IMG/VR virus record: IMGVR_UViG_3300028561_000554
From: an uncultured virus (IMG/VR IMGVR_UViG_3300028561_000554)
Lineage: Duplodnaviria; Heunggongvirae; Uroviricota; Caudoviricetes
DNA length: 64,000 nt
Reading direction: 5' to 3' (one strand)
Below are positions 8,230 through 18,415 of this stretch, piece by piece. The notes under the pieces are model-generated. The model did no database searches. It was given only the letters and a program-made list of their open reading frames with translations, and was not told where the DNA came from. Positions within the stretch are counted from its first letter, which is position 1. Each line of letters begins with the position of its first letter. A program made the translations under genes and the position numbers.

Positions 8230-10185
8230 TTGAGCAGACGTGTACTTTCTATTGATTTGGAGACTTATTCGGATGTTGACCTTCCGAACTGCGGCGTGTA
8301 CCGCTATGTAGAGGGAGATTTCCATATCCTGCTGTTCGCATATGCCTTTGACGATGAAGAAACAAAATGCGTGGATATGGCCTGCGGCGAGCAGCTCCCT
8401 ACGGATGTTATGGATGCACTGCAGGATGACAGTATTATAAAATCGGCATGGAACGCGCAATTCGAGCGCACCTGTTTGTCAAAATATCTCGGCACACAGC
8501 TTTCTCCGGATGCATGGCAATGCACGATGGTGTGGGCGGCATCGCTCTCCCTCCCGCTGAAGCTGGCAACGGCGGCGCAGGCTCTGAAAACCACACAGCA
8601 GAAAGACAGTGTTGGTGAACGGCTGATCCGCTATTTCTCCATTCCCTGCAAGCCGACCAAGTCTAACGGCGGCAGAACAAGGAATCTGCCGGAGCACGCC
8701 CCAGAGGACTGGAAGCTGTTCAAAAGCTACTGCATACAGGACGTGGAGACCGAACGGGATATCCGCCGGAGACTCGAAAAGTTCCCCCTGCTCCCACAGG
8801 AATGGGACTACTACCATATGGATCAGCGCATCAATGACCGCGGCATCCTGATCGACAAGGAACTGGTACAGCAGGCTATTATCTGCAATATGGCAATGTC
8901 CGAAGAAATGACAAAACGTGCCTACGCCCTGACAGGACTTGAAAATCCCAACTCCGTATCTCAGCTGAAGGGCTGGCTTGAGGAGCGCGGGATAGAGGTG
9001 GATTCGCTCGGCAAAAAGAATGTCGCTTCTCTTATCACAGACCTTGACAAGCACAGCGCAGACGGCGAAGCCCTCGACATGATGAAGCTGCGGTTGCAGA
9101 TGGCAAAGTCCTCTGTGAAAAAGTATCAGGCGGCGGAGAGATACATCTGTCAGGACGGCAGAGCGCACGGACTGTTTCAGTTCTCCGGTGCGAACCGCAC
9201 ACAGCGCTGGGCAGGACGCGGGATTCAATTGCAGAATCTGCCGCAGAACCACATCTCTACACTTGATGAGGCAAGAGAACTTGTAAAGCTCGGCTGCTTT
9301 GACATGATAGAGGTGCTGTATGGAAACACACCAGATATCCTGTCACAGCTTATAAGAACTATGCTGATTCCGAAAGATGGCTGTGAGTTTATCGTGGCTG
9401 ACTTCTCCGCTATTGAAGCAAGAGTACTTGCATGGCTTGCCGGAGAACAGTGGCGGCTGGATGCATTCACAGAGGGAAAAGACATCTACTGCGCATCTGC
9501 ATCGCAGATGTTTGGTGTGCCGGTCGTAAAGCACGGCATCAACGGCGAACTGCGGCAGAAGGGCAAGGTGGCGGAATTGGCCTGCGGTTACGGCGGCGGT
9601 GCCGGTGCGCTGATCTCAATGCACGCACTGGATATGGGACTGAAAGAGGATGAACTTCCCGACATCATCTCCTCTTGGCGCGATGCAAACCCGGAGATCG
9701 TGAAATTCTGGTATGCTGTCGAGAAGGCTGCCATTGAGACCGTCAAGGATCACAATGACAGATCGGTCGGCAGGATCGGTTTTCAGTTTTCTGCAAATAC
9801 ACTGTGGATCGTTCTGCCGTCCGGACGCAGGCTTGCCTACATCAAACCCAAGCTGCAGCCGAACCGATTCGGGCGCATGGCACTGACCTTTGAAGGTCTC
9901 GGCGCAAACAACAAATGGACACGCGGTGAAACGTACAGTGGAAAGCTGACGGAGAATATCACGCAGGCGACCGCCCGTGACCTGCTTGCGGAGGCAATGC
10001 GCCGGATGGAGCTTGCAGGGCTCGGCATTGTGGGGCATGTGCATGATGAGGTCATACTTGAAGTACCGAAAGGACAATACACTGTCGATGATGTGTGCAA
10101 TATTATGAACCGGAATCCGGCATGGGCGGACGGTCTTCCGCTGTCCAGTGCAGGCTATACGGGGGCGTGGTACTACAAGGATTAA
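8230..10185 (+). CDS. phage DNA polymerase, family A
   Basis: IDLETYS exonuclease motif, ADFSAIEARV, RQKGKVAELACGYGG, HVHDE; TTG start. Confidence 0.95.
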   Translation: MSRRVLSIDLETYSDVDLPNCGVYRYVEGDFHILLFAYAFDDEETKCVDMACGEQLPTDVMDALQDDSIIKSAWNAQFERTCLSKYLGTQLSPDAWQCTMVWAASLSLPLKLATAAQALKTTQQKDSVGERLIRYFSIPCKPTKSNGGRTRNLPEHAPEDWKLFKSYCIQDVETERDIRRRLEKFPLLPQEWDYYHMDQRINDRGILIDKELVQQAIICNMAMSEEMTKRAYALTGLENPNSVSQLKGWLEERGIEVDSLGKKNVASLITDLDKHSADGEALDMMKLRLQMAKSSVKKYQAAERYICQDGRAHGLFQFSGANRTQRWAGRGIQLQNLPQNHISTLDEARELVKLGCFDMIEVLYGNTPDILSQLIRTMLIPKDGCEFIVADFSAIEARVLAWLAGEQWRLDAFTEGKDIYCASASQMFGVPVVKHGINGELRQKGKVAELACGYGGGAGALISMHALDMGLKEDELPDIISSWRDANPEIVKFWYAVEKAAIETVKDHNDRSVGRIGFQFSANTLWIVLPSGRRLAYIKPKLQPNRFGRMALTFEGLGANNKWTRGETYSGKLTENITQATARDLLAEAMRRMELAGLGIVGHVHDEVILEVPKGQYTVDDVCNIMNRNPAWADGLPLSSAGYTGAWYYKD

Positions 10186-10218
10186 ATGTATAAACAACAA
10201 TCAGAGGAGGAAGATCAC

Positions 10219-11286
10219 ATGAAACAAGGCAGATCATTACCGGAAGTGCTGACAGAACTTCAGCGACAGAACGCTGCAAAACAGGATTATATCAGTCCAG
10301 CACAGGCGTTTCACCTTTCCGATGACGGCAGCACCTTCGAGATGACGCATTTGAACACTGGCGCACAGGAGGTTTTCGGTACGACAGACCTCTTTCACAG
10401 ACAGATCGGCAGTGCGTTGAATATTCCGGCAAAGTATTACGATCTCATGCGTAAGGAAAAGCCGGAGCTTCTGGCGCAGAATGTCAACGCATGGTTTGGC
10501 AGCCGTGAGCAGTCCTACATGGTACGTTCTATGGATTTCGGCAGCGGCAGAGTTGCTCGTGCGCTGCTTTCCGACCGCTACCGCCGTATTGACAATTTGG
10601 AAGTCGCATCAGCCGTCCTGCCGCTTTTCGCCGGCAAGGAGGAGATGGAGGTTGTTAGCTGTGCCGTAACTGATACAATGTTGGCAATTAAGATCGTAAA
10701 TCATCGACTGGAAGCACAGGTTGTTCCCGGCGATTATGTGCAGGCTGGTGTTGTCATCCGCAACTCGGAGGTAGGGCTCGGCGCTGTCTCGGTACAACCG
10801 TTGGTATACAGATTAGTTTGCAGTAACGGTGCTATCGTAAATGACTTCGGAGAGCGAAAGTCTCATGTCGGCAGACAGGTGAAGGCTCTGGAAGATAGCT
10901 TCGATGTGTATACCGATGCTACTTTGAAGGCGGAGGACGATGTCTTCCTCATGAAGATGAAGGACGCAACGCTCGCCGCTATTGAGGAGGCACGTTTCGC
11001 TCAGATTGTTGGTCGCCTTCAGGATGCAACACACGCTCGTATCACGGGACGTGTTCAGGATGTCATCGAGCTGACTGGCAAGGCATATGACCTCAATCAG
11101 CCGGAACAGGACAGCATTCTCAACTATCTCATTCAGGGCGGCGATCTCTCCCTCTACGGTCTGAGCAATGCCATCACGCGGGCTTCGCAGGATGTAGAGT
11201 CCTACGACAGAGCCACTGCGCTGGAAGGCATCGGCTGGCAAGTGGCGACCATGCCGAAAACACAGTGGAAGGAGATCAACGCATGA
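10219..11286 (+). CDS. DUF932 family protein
   Basis: RALLSDRYRRIDN, NSEVG, RLVCSNG. Confidence 0.75.
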   Translation: MKQGRSLPEVLTELQRQNAAKQDYISPAQAFHLSDDGSTFEMTHLNTGAQEVFGTTDLFHRQIGSALNIPAKYYDLMRKEKPELLAQNVNAWFGSREQSYMVRSMDFGSGRVARALLSDRYRRIDNLEVASAVLPLFAGKEEMEVVSCAVTDTMLAIKIVNHRLEAQVVPGDYVQAGVVIRNSEVGLGAVSVQPLVYRLVCSNGAIVNDFGERKSHVGRQVKALEDSFDVYTDATLKAEDDVFLMKMKDATLAAIEEARFAQIVGRLQDATHARITGRVQDVIELTGKAYDLNQPEQDSILNYLIQGGDLSLYGLSNAITRASQDVESYDRATALEGIGWQVATMPKTQWKEINA

Positions 11287-11507
11287 GCAGAACTTGGAAA
11301 GACCGCAGGGGCTACAGGTCCCGCAAGAAAGTAAAGCATTCGACCTATCAGTTTTATAACCGCGGTGGTTATGACGATTATGACCACAGCGATGAGGAGT
11401 TGTATGTAGACGACCAGCGCTGTGAGAACTGCCGCTTCTACGGGAACTGCTATCATACGCCGTTCCCGTCCGGATGGTGCGAATACTGGAAGGACGGCAG
11501 GCATTGA
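11283..11507 (+). CDS. small Cys-rich hypothetical protein
   Basis: ATGA coupling; CENCRF..C..WCEYW. Confidence 0.6.
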   Translation: MSRTWKDRRGYRSRKKVKHSTYQFYNRGGYDDYDHSDEELYVDDQRCENCRFYGNCYHTPFPSGWCEYWKDGRH

Positions 11508-11944
11508 GAGAATATGTGGTTGAGAACGAGTTTGTCAAGGCAGTCAAAGCCGCCGGCGGTGTGGCATACAAGCTGACATCGCAGACAGCCAACGGGCTGC
11601 CGGACAGACTCGTTCTGTTCTTTCCTGCAAAGACAGTGTTTGTCGAGCTGAAAGCGCCGGGGAAAATGATGCGCCCGCTGCAGAGAAAAAGACGGTATCA
11701 GCTGATGAAGCTAGGCTTTCCCGTTCTCTGCATCGACAGGCTGTATCAGATCAAGCCGTGCATTGATGCGATTCTTGCATGGACGCCCGGCGACCCGTTT
11801 CCGGAGGGTATTGGAGCAAAGATACCTGATCTGGAAGTCACAATGCTGCCGTCTGAGATAGACGATTTCGGCGAAACACTGGAACCGATAGACCCCGATG
11901 ATCTGGCAGGATTCTATGAATTGGAGGAGGATGATACCGGATGA
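11504..11944 (+). CDS. VRR-NUC domain nuclease
   Basis: GLPDRLV, FVELKAPG, RPLQ. Confidence 0.9.
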   Translation: MREYVVENEFVKAVKAAGGVAYKLTSQTANGLPDRLVLFFPAKTVFVELKAPGKMMRPLQRKRRYQLMKLGFPVLCIDRLYQIKPCIDAILAWTPGDPFPEGIGAKIPDLEVTMLPSEIDDFGETLEPIDPDDLAGFYELEEDDTG

Positions 11945-13311
11945 AATACACACCGCACGATTACCAGAAATACTGTATCGAATATATCCGGGAGCATCCT
12001 GTTTCAGCACTATTCCTGGACATGGGACTCGGCAAGACGATCATCACGCTGACAGCACTCAACGCCCTGATGTTCGATGAGCTGAAAGTGAACAAGGTGC
12101 TTGTGATCGCACCACTCAGAGTTGCCCGTGACACATGGCCTGCCGAGGTGAAAAAGTGGGATCACTTGCAAAACATCGAGATATCCGTCATTGTAGGTTC
12201 TGTGAAAGAGCGCACGGCAGCGGTGAATCACAATGCATTCATATACATCGTCAACCGCGAGAACGTCAAATGGCTCGTGGAATACTACGAGAAAAACGGA
12301 CTCCGCTGGGATTTTGATATGATCGTCATTGACGAGCTGAGTTCCTTCAAGAACTATCAGTCACAGCGTTTCAAATGGCTGCGGAAGGTGCGACCGTTCG
12401 TCAAACGATGGGTAGGGCTGACGGGTACACCGACATCCAACGGTCTGATGGATTTATGGGCGGAGATTGGTATCCTTGACGGCGGCGAACGGCTCGGACG
12501 GTTTATCGGTCGTTTCCGTGAAAGCTACTTCAAGCCCGGAAGCATGAATCCGAGTACGGGTGTGGTGTTCTCATATACACCCCGTCCCGGCGCAGAAGAG
12601 CAGATATATCAGAAAATCTCTGACATCACCATTTCGATGAAAGCACTGGACTATCTGGATATGCCGGAATGTGTGTATGTCAACCATGAGGTCGAGATGA
12701 ATGCGGCGGAGCGTAAGCTCTACGATCAGCTCAAGCACGACCTTATCATCCCGCTTGAGGACGGCGATATTGATGCTGCAAACGCTGCAAGTCTCAGTAA
12801 TAAGCTCCTGCAAATGGCAAACGGTGCTGTCTATGACGAAAACAAGGAAGCACGCAACATTCACAGCCGAAAGCTGGAAATGCTGGAAGACCTGATCGAA
12901 GCGGCAAACGGACAGCCTGTGTTGATCGGATACTGGTTCAAGCATGACCGCACACGAATTATAGAGTATCTGACCGCCTGCGGCTATGCTCCGAGGGATA
13001 TCAAGGACAGTTCGGATATTTCTGATTGGAATAACGGTTCTATCCCTGTTGCTCTGATACACCCTGCATCGGCAGGGCACGGTCTCAATATCCAGTCTGG
13101 AGGTCACATTCTCATCTGGTTCGGTCTGACGTGGAGTTTGGAACTGTATCAGCAGACCAACGCCCGACTCTGGCGACAGGGGCAGCAGAACACTGTCACG
13201 ATCCACCACATCGTAACAAAAGACACTGTAGATGAAGATGTCCTGAAAGCACTCGCTTCAAAAGACGTCACGCAGGAGAAGCTGATCGCCGCTGTCAAGG
13301 CTCGTCTCTGA
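11941..13311 (+). CDS. SNF2-family helicase
   Basis: DMGLGKT, VIDELS, LTGTP, GHGLNIQ, QTNARLWRQGQ. Confidence 0.95.
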   Translation: MKYTPHDYQKYCIEYIREHPVSALFLDMGLGKTIITLTALNALMFDELKVNKVLVIAPLRVARDTWPAEVKKWDHLQNIEISVIVGSVKERTAAVNHNAFIYIVNRENVKWLVEYYEKNGLRWDFDMIVIDELSSFKNYQSQRFKWLRKVRPFVKRWVGLTGTPTSNGLMDLWAEIGILDGGERLGRFIGRFRESYFKPGSMNPSTGVVFSYTPRPGAEEQIYQKISDITISMKALDYLDMPECVYVNHEVEMNAAERKLYDQLKHDLIIPLEDGDIDAANAASLSNKLLQMANGAVYDENKEARNIHSRKLEMLEDLIEAANGQPVLIGYWFKHDRTRIIEYLTACGYAPRDIKDSSDISDWNNGSIPVALIHPASAGHGLNIQSGGHILIWFGLTWSLELYQQTNARLWRQGQQNTVTIHHIVTKDTVDEDVLKALASKDVTQEKLIAAVKARL

Positions 13312-13422
13312 AATGACGACAATTTGACGACAAAAAGGTAACGTCGCAAATATTACAAGAAATGCTGCAAAACGGTAACGCCGTTTCTGCTTCGTTTTTA
13401 TCACACCGGAGGTGAAAATTAT

Positions 13423-13929
13423 ATGGCTCGAAAGAATAACCGTATGAAAACCGAATACCACAGAGGGCTCGGCTTTGATCCGAGAAAATATATCTCTGCG
13501 CCTGTGCAGCGTGCAGGATATACTCCCCCAGACCGCACTCCGCAGCGCGGGGACGTCTGGTTTGCCAACCTCGGCGCACATCCCAATTCCAGTGTGCAGT
13601 CCGGCACACGCCCCGTTGTTATTATCTCCAACAACATCGGCAACTCTCATGCTGACACCGTCAATGTGCTTCCGATGACAAGACACCTGAAAAAGCCGGA
13701 GCTGCCCTGTCATACACAGCTTGATCCATACAGCGTTACCGGCGGCGGTCAGCTTCTCGCACCGTCTATGGTTCTGGCGGAACAGCTCACCACCATCAGC
13801 AAGTATGCGCTGAGAACCTATGCAGGGCATATTTCCGATGATGAAGCGATGAACCGCATCGAGAATGCGGTGCTGTCACAGTTTGCGCTGGAAAGAATTA
13901 TGGAAAGGAGCAAACCTGAATGCCTGTAA
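13423..13929 (+). CDS. PemK/MazF-family protein (no adjacent antitoxin)
   Basis: RGDVWFANL, QSGTRPVVIISNN, VLPMT, LAEQLTTISK. Confidence 0.85.
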   Translation: MARKNNRMKTEYHRGLGFDPRKYISAPVQRAGYTPPDRTPQRGDVWFANLGAHPNSSVQSGTRPVVIISNNIGNSHADTVNVLPMTRHLKKPELPCHTQLDPYSVTGGGQLLAPSMVLAEQLTTISKYALRTYAGHISDDEAMNRIENAVLSQFALERIMERSKPECL

Positions 13930-16355
13930 ATTTCGTTAATATCCCCGATGTGCTGAAACAGTCTGCATCGTTCTGTGTCTGGAAGATGGAGAAGCGTAGC
14001 GGTCGCCCCACGAAGGTGCCGTATAACCCGAAGACCGGAGCAATGGCAAAAACCAACGATCCGTCCACCTTCACTGACTTCAACACAGCCATGAAATCCT
14101 ATGCAATCGGAGGATGGGACGGTATCGGTTACAGAGTTTCCGAGGGCATCGGTGCCATTGATATTGACCACTGTATCCGTGAGGACGGGGCACTCAACGA
14201 TGTCGCTGCATCTATCCTCGGTATCTTCAGCTCTGCTTACTTTGAGCGTTCTCCCTCCGGTACCGGACTGCGCGGCTTCTTCAAACTCAGCCCGGATTTT
14301 GCCTACGATAAGACCGTGTATTACATCAACAACCGCAAACACGGTCTGGAAGTCTATCTGCCGGGAACGACCAACCGCTTTGTGACGGTCACGGGAGATA
14401 TGTACCGCAACGGTGCTGTTACCCGAAATGACGATGCTCTGCGCACACTGCTTGATACCTTCATGAAGCGCAGCACTCGTGTATCTTCCAAGACTGTCGA
14501 GCCTGCAACGTACCTCGATGATGATGGTGTAATCGCTCATGCATCCGCATCGGAGTCGGGTGATAAGTTCAAGGCTCTCTATGCCGGTAACTGGGAGGAG
14601 GGCTACGACTCTCAGTCCGATGCGGATATGGCGCTGGTATCCATCCTTGCCTTCTGGTGCGGAAATGTGGAGGAGCAGATCGACCGCATCTTCCGCACGT
14701 CCGGACTGATGCGTGATAAGTGGGATCGTAAGACCGGCAATGCGACCTACGGCCAGATTACGATCCGAAACGCTGTTGCTACCAATTCCGCGATCTACAC
14801 GCCGATTCAGGATTCCTCTGCAGAGGATGACTTTGAAGCACTGGACGATGAAGAAGCGGAAGAACACGCGGGTTTCCGTCCCGACCTCTCCCGGATCACC
14901 CTCACGCTTGACGAAATGCAGCCGCATACGAATCCTCGCTACCAGCGTGACGAGATCGGCATCGGCAACGCTTTCGCCGATTACTTCAAGCCCATCGCCC
15001 GATTCAATGGTGACCGCAATGTCTGGTATGTGTATGACGGCAAGGTATGGCAGCCGGATGAGAACGCACTCGCCGTGGCTGAGCTTGCAAAGCATCTCGC
15101 AGATCTGCTGTATACGTTTGCACTGCAGATCAGGGACGAGGACACTCGCAACAGATATATCAAGCGAGTTCAGAAGTTCCAGATGCGAAAGAACCGCAAG
15201 ACGATGGTGGAGGACGCAAAGTCAGTCTATCCGATTAGGATGTCCGCTTTTGATGCGAATGTCTATCTGCTGAATCTTGAGAACGGCACGCTTGATCTGC
15301 GGACACTGGAATTCCATGAGCATGACCCCAAGGATCTCATTACGAAGATCAGCCACATCAACTACGATCCGGCAGCAACCTGTCCGAGATGGATCCAGTT
15401 CGTGGATGAGGTCATGGTCGGCAGGAAGAATGTCGCACTCTATCTTCAGAAAGCCATCGGCTACTCGCTCTCCGGCGATACCTCGCTGGAATGTCTGTTC
15501 ATCATGTTCGGCCCTACGACCAGAAACGGCAAGACCACGACCATCGAAACGATCCTGCGTGTTATGGGAGAATACGGCCGTTCTGCCAAGCCGGATATGC
15601 TTGCCACAAACTATTTTCGCGGGCAGTCCAACGGTTCCTCGGATGATGTCGCCCGTCTTGCCGGTGCAAGATTTGTCGGCATTTCCGAGATGGAGCAGAA
15701 GCTGACGATCAATGCCTCTCTGACAAAGCAGCTCACAGGTAATGGTTCTATTACAGCCCGTTTTCTATACGAGGGCTATTTCGAGTTCCACATGCAGGCG
15801 AAGATCTTCATTGACACCAATCATCTGCCGAACGTCACTGACCGCACGTTGTTTGAATCCGGCAGACTGAAGATCATTCCGTTTACCCGGCATTTCGAGG
15901 ATCACGAGCAGGACAAGACGCTGAAAACGACACTGATGCAGCCGGAGAACCTGTCCGGCATCCTGAACTGGTGTATCGAAGGCTATCGCCTGTATAAAGC
16001 GGAGGGTCTGGACGAGCCGGAGGAAGTCAAGGCAGCGACCGAGGAGTATCGTGTGGAGTCCGACCGCGTCGCGCAGTTCATGCGTCAGTGCCTGAAAAAG
16101 GAAAAGGGCTCGGAGATAAAGGCATCGGCGGTCTACAGTCACTATAAGACGTGGTGCAGCGACAATGGATGCAAGTATGAGAGTTCTCAGAATTTTTATA
16201 AGCGGCTCTCTCTGGAATATCTCATTGTCAAGCGCAGACCGTGGAAGCAGACGACGACCGGAAATATGAATCCGTTGTCACTTGTGAGCGATGTCGCCTG
16301 GGTAAGCGGTGAAGAGCCGGGAATGGATCTCGTACCTTTGGACGATGAGGAGTGA
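13920..16355 (+). CDS. primase-polymerase/SF3 helicase, P4-family phage primase
   Basis: IDIDHC, ERSPSGTG, SQSDADMAL, D5_N region, GPTTRNGKTT Walker A. Confidence 0.92.
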   Translation: MPVNFVNIPDVLKQSASFCVWKMEKRSGRPTKVPYNPKTGAMAKTNDPSTFTDFNTAMKSYAIGGWDGIGYRVSEGIGAIDIDHCIREDGALNDVAASILGIFSSAYFERSPSGTGLRGFFKLSPDFAYDKTVYYINNRKHGLEVYLPGTTNRFVTVTGDMYRNGAVTRNDDALRTLLDTFMKRSTRVSSKTVEPATYLDDDGVIAHASASESGDKFKALYAGNWEEGYDSQSDADMALVSILAFWCGNVEEQIDRIFRTSGLMRDKWDRKTGNATYGQITIRNAVATNSAIYTPIQDSSAEDDFEALDDEEAEEHAGFRPDLSRITLTLDEMQPHTNPRYQRDEIGIGNAFADYFKPIARFNGDRNVWYVYDGKVWQPDENALAVAELAKHLADLLYTFALQIRDEDTRNRYIKRVQKFQMRKNRKTMVEDAKSVYPIRMSAFDANVYLLNLENGTLDLRTLEFHEHDPKDLITKISHINYDPAATCPRWIQFVDEVMVGRKNVALYLQKAIGYSLSGDTSLECLFIMFGPTTRNGKTTTIETILRVMGEYGRSAKPDMLATNYFRGQSNGSSDDVARLAGARFVGISEMEQKLTINASLTKQLTGNGSITARFLYEGYFEFHMQAKIFIDTNHLPNVTDRTLFESGRLKIIPFTRHFEDHEQDKTLKTTLMQPENLSGILNWCIEGYRLYKAEGLDEPEEVKAATEEYRVESDRVAQFMRQCLKKEKGSEIKASAVYSHYKTWCSDNGCKYESSQNFYKRLSLEYLIVKRRPWKQTTTGNMNPLSLVSDVAWVSGEEPGMDLVPLDDEE

Positions 16356-16389
16356 TGACCTATGGACGGCGCATAAGCTGAAAAGTGCC

Positions 16390-16635
16390 TATCTTCTGTA
16401 GTTTTCTATTGTTTCTAGTATATATATATCTTTCTATATTCTATTTTATGTAGCAAATGTAGCAAGTGAATATATAAATATTACTATAAAGAAGAATATA
16501 GGAAAAGTTATGGAACGGAATGCTACAAGTGCTACAGAGATAGGGAAAACAAAGTAATATCGAGAAGAAACTGTGGACATCTGTTGCAAATGCCTACTTT
16601 GTGGGTTCTACAAGCGTGGCAGGTGCAACAGGTGT
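16390..16635. other. putative phage replication origin
   Basis: AT-rich; TGTAGCA x2 (16449, 16458) and inverted TGCTACA x2 (16521, 16530), directly after the primase. Confidence 0.55.
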
Positions 16636-16652
16636 CAGGATATGGAGGTAAA

Positions 16653-17753
16653 ATGCAAATGAGAATTATTACGAGTGAACAGGTATCCGCAGGACATCCC
16701 GACAAGATCTGTGACCAAATCGCAGATGCTATCGTAACCGACTGCCTGCGGCATGACCGCAATTCCCGCGTCGCCATCGAGTGCCTTTTCAAGAACCGCT
16801 GCCTTGTCATTGCAGGTGAGATGACAAGCACCCACGAACCTGACTACAAGGCTCTGGTGCAGCAGGTGTTCAACCGCATTAACAACGGCGGCGCAGAGAA
16901 CAGCGATGCAGGTCTTGACTACAAGATGGACTTCACAGCCGATGATCTGGACATTGCGATTCTGGTCGATCACCAGAGCAGCGACATTGCCCTCGGTGTG
17001 AATGTCGGCGGTGCAGGAGATCAGGGCATGATGTACGGCTACGCTACCAACGAAACGCCGGAGCTGCTGCCGATCCCCTTCGTGCTTGCAACCAGATTTC
17101 TGGAACTGCTGAAAGCGTACCCCTGCCGGATGCTGAAAGCAGATGCCAAGGCGCAGGTCAGCTTCGACTACGACAGCGGCAGAATCACGACCTTCCTCTG
17201 TTCGGTACAGCATATCCGTGATGTGGATGTCGATGATTTCCGTGAGATCATCGAGAGCATCATGATCCGCACCGCTACCGAATACGGTCTGAATACTGAC
17301 TTTGCAAAGCTCGTCAATCCAACTGGTCGTTTCGTCCTCGGCAGCAGTTTTGCTGACTGCGGTGTGACCGGACGCAAGCTCGCCTGCGATACCTACGGCG
17401 GCATCGGTCATATCGGCGGCGGTGCAATGTCCGGCAAGGATCCGTCCAAGGTTGATCGCAGCGGTGCGTATATGGCGAGGAAGATTGCCAGAGATATTGT
17501 CAGTGCGGGCTATGCGGATAAGTCAGAGGTGCAGATTGCATACGCCATCGGTGTGGCAGAGCCTGTTTCCGTGTATGTGGAGACCTTCGGTACAGAGCAT
17601 CAGGACAAAGAGTTCATCAGCCAGTACGTTCGTGAAAACTACGATCTCAAACCGAGAGCTATTATCGAAAGTCTCGGACTGCTGGATGTGGACTATAACG
17701 CCGTTTCCGCATACGGACACTTCGGAAAAAAGGGGCTTCCGTGGGAAAGCTGA
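16653..17753 (+). CDS. metK: S-adenosylmethionine synthetase
   Basis: SEQVSAGHPDKICDQIAD, GAGDQG, GVTGRKL..DTYGG, GKDPSKVDRSGAY. Confidence 0.95.
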   Translation: MQMRIITSEQVSAGHPDKICDQIADAIVTDCLRHDRNSRVAIECLFKNRCLVIAGEMTSTHEPDYKALVQQVFNRINNGGAENSDAGLDYKMDFTADDLDIAILVDHQSSDIALGVNVGGAGDQGMMYGYATNETPELLPIPFVLATRFLELLKAYPCRMLKADAKAQVSFDYDSGRITTFLCSVQHIRDVDVDDFREIIESIMIRTATEYGLNTDFAKLVNPTGRFVLGSSFADCGVTGRKLACDTYGGIGHIGGGAMSGKDPSKVDRSGAYMARKIARDIVSAGYADKSEVQIAYAIGVAEPVSVYVETFGTEHQDKEFISQYVRENYDLKPRAIIESLGLLDVDYNAVSAYGHFGKKGLPWES

Positions 17754-17796
17754 TGCACCCTTAAAGATTCTCAAAAAACTGAAAAAATTTTCTGTT

Positions 17797-17837
17797 GATA
17801 CCCCTTAGAAGCCCTCTCCCGGACTATATAGTAGAGG
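17797..17837 (+). promoter_or_regulatory. 41-bp repeated motif, copy 2; putative phage-sigma promoter
   Basis: Near-copy of 5261-5301; precedes HNH. Confidence 0.55.
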
Positions 17838-17870
17838 CCTTTAATGATGCTATCACGGGAGGTGAAGCCA

Positions 17871-18230
17871 ATGCCTAAGAGACCAAATACCCCATGCCGA
17901 CATCCCGGCTGTGCGGCTCTCGTTCCTTACGGCACGAAGTACTGTAACAAGCACCGTTCGCTCCACCCGGAGGAGACACGCTCTGCAGGAAGCCGAGGAT
18001 ATGGCACTGCATGGAACAAAGCCCGAAAGCGTTACCTTGAGACCCATCCGCTGTGTGTGGAGTGCCTGAAGCAAGGGAGGTACGTCAAGGCGACTGATGT
18101 CGACCACATCAAGCCGCATCGAGGAGACAGTGTTCTCTTCTGGGATCAGAGCAATTGGCAGAGCCTCTGCCACCGTCATCACAGCATCAAGACCCGAAAC
18201 GAGGATCACACCCCTGAGTACAAGTACTGA
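17871..18230 (+). CDS. HNH endonuclease (terminase-associated type)
   Basis: HPLCVEC, VDHIKPHRGD, NWQSLCHRHHSIKT. Confidence 0.92.
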   Translation: MPKRPNTPCRHPGCAALVPYGTKYCNKHRSLHPEETRSAGSRGYGTAWNKARKRYLETHPLCVECLKQGRYVKATDVDHIKPHRGDSVLFWDQSNWQSLCHRHHSIKTRNEDHTPEYKY

Positions 18231-18315
18231 ATGCGGCTCACCGGCCTACTCTGCGATTCAGACTTGGCTCAGGGGTGTACCTATGGGACGGGGCTGGGGG
18301 CTGGGGCACACCTCC

Positions 18316-18415
18316 GGGGGCGGGTCGAAATCTCTACGGTTTTTGCAACAGAAGACCGTCGCCCCCTCTCGTGTGAAAATTCGCAAATTTGAAGGATCCC
18401 GGGGCATGGGATCCT
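18316..18415. other. putative cos/packaging region
   Basis: GC-rich inverted repeats (GGGGGCGGGTC/GACCGTCGCCCCC; AGGATCCC/GGGATCCT) just after HNH, where cos usually lies in HNH/P27-terminase phages. Confidence 0.45.

Noticed and set aside
13818..15095. Long minus-strand ORF (425 aa) and similar antisense ORFs (e.g. 1121-1948, 5232-6167, 26165-27052)
   Set aside because: Shadows of well-supported + strand genes; no motifs or RBS
17422..17808. 128-aa + strand ORF overlapping metK as a real gene
   Set aside because: Mostly out-of-frame metK sequence; only the last ~15 codons resemble a sigma-gene remnant, which is reported separately
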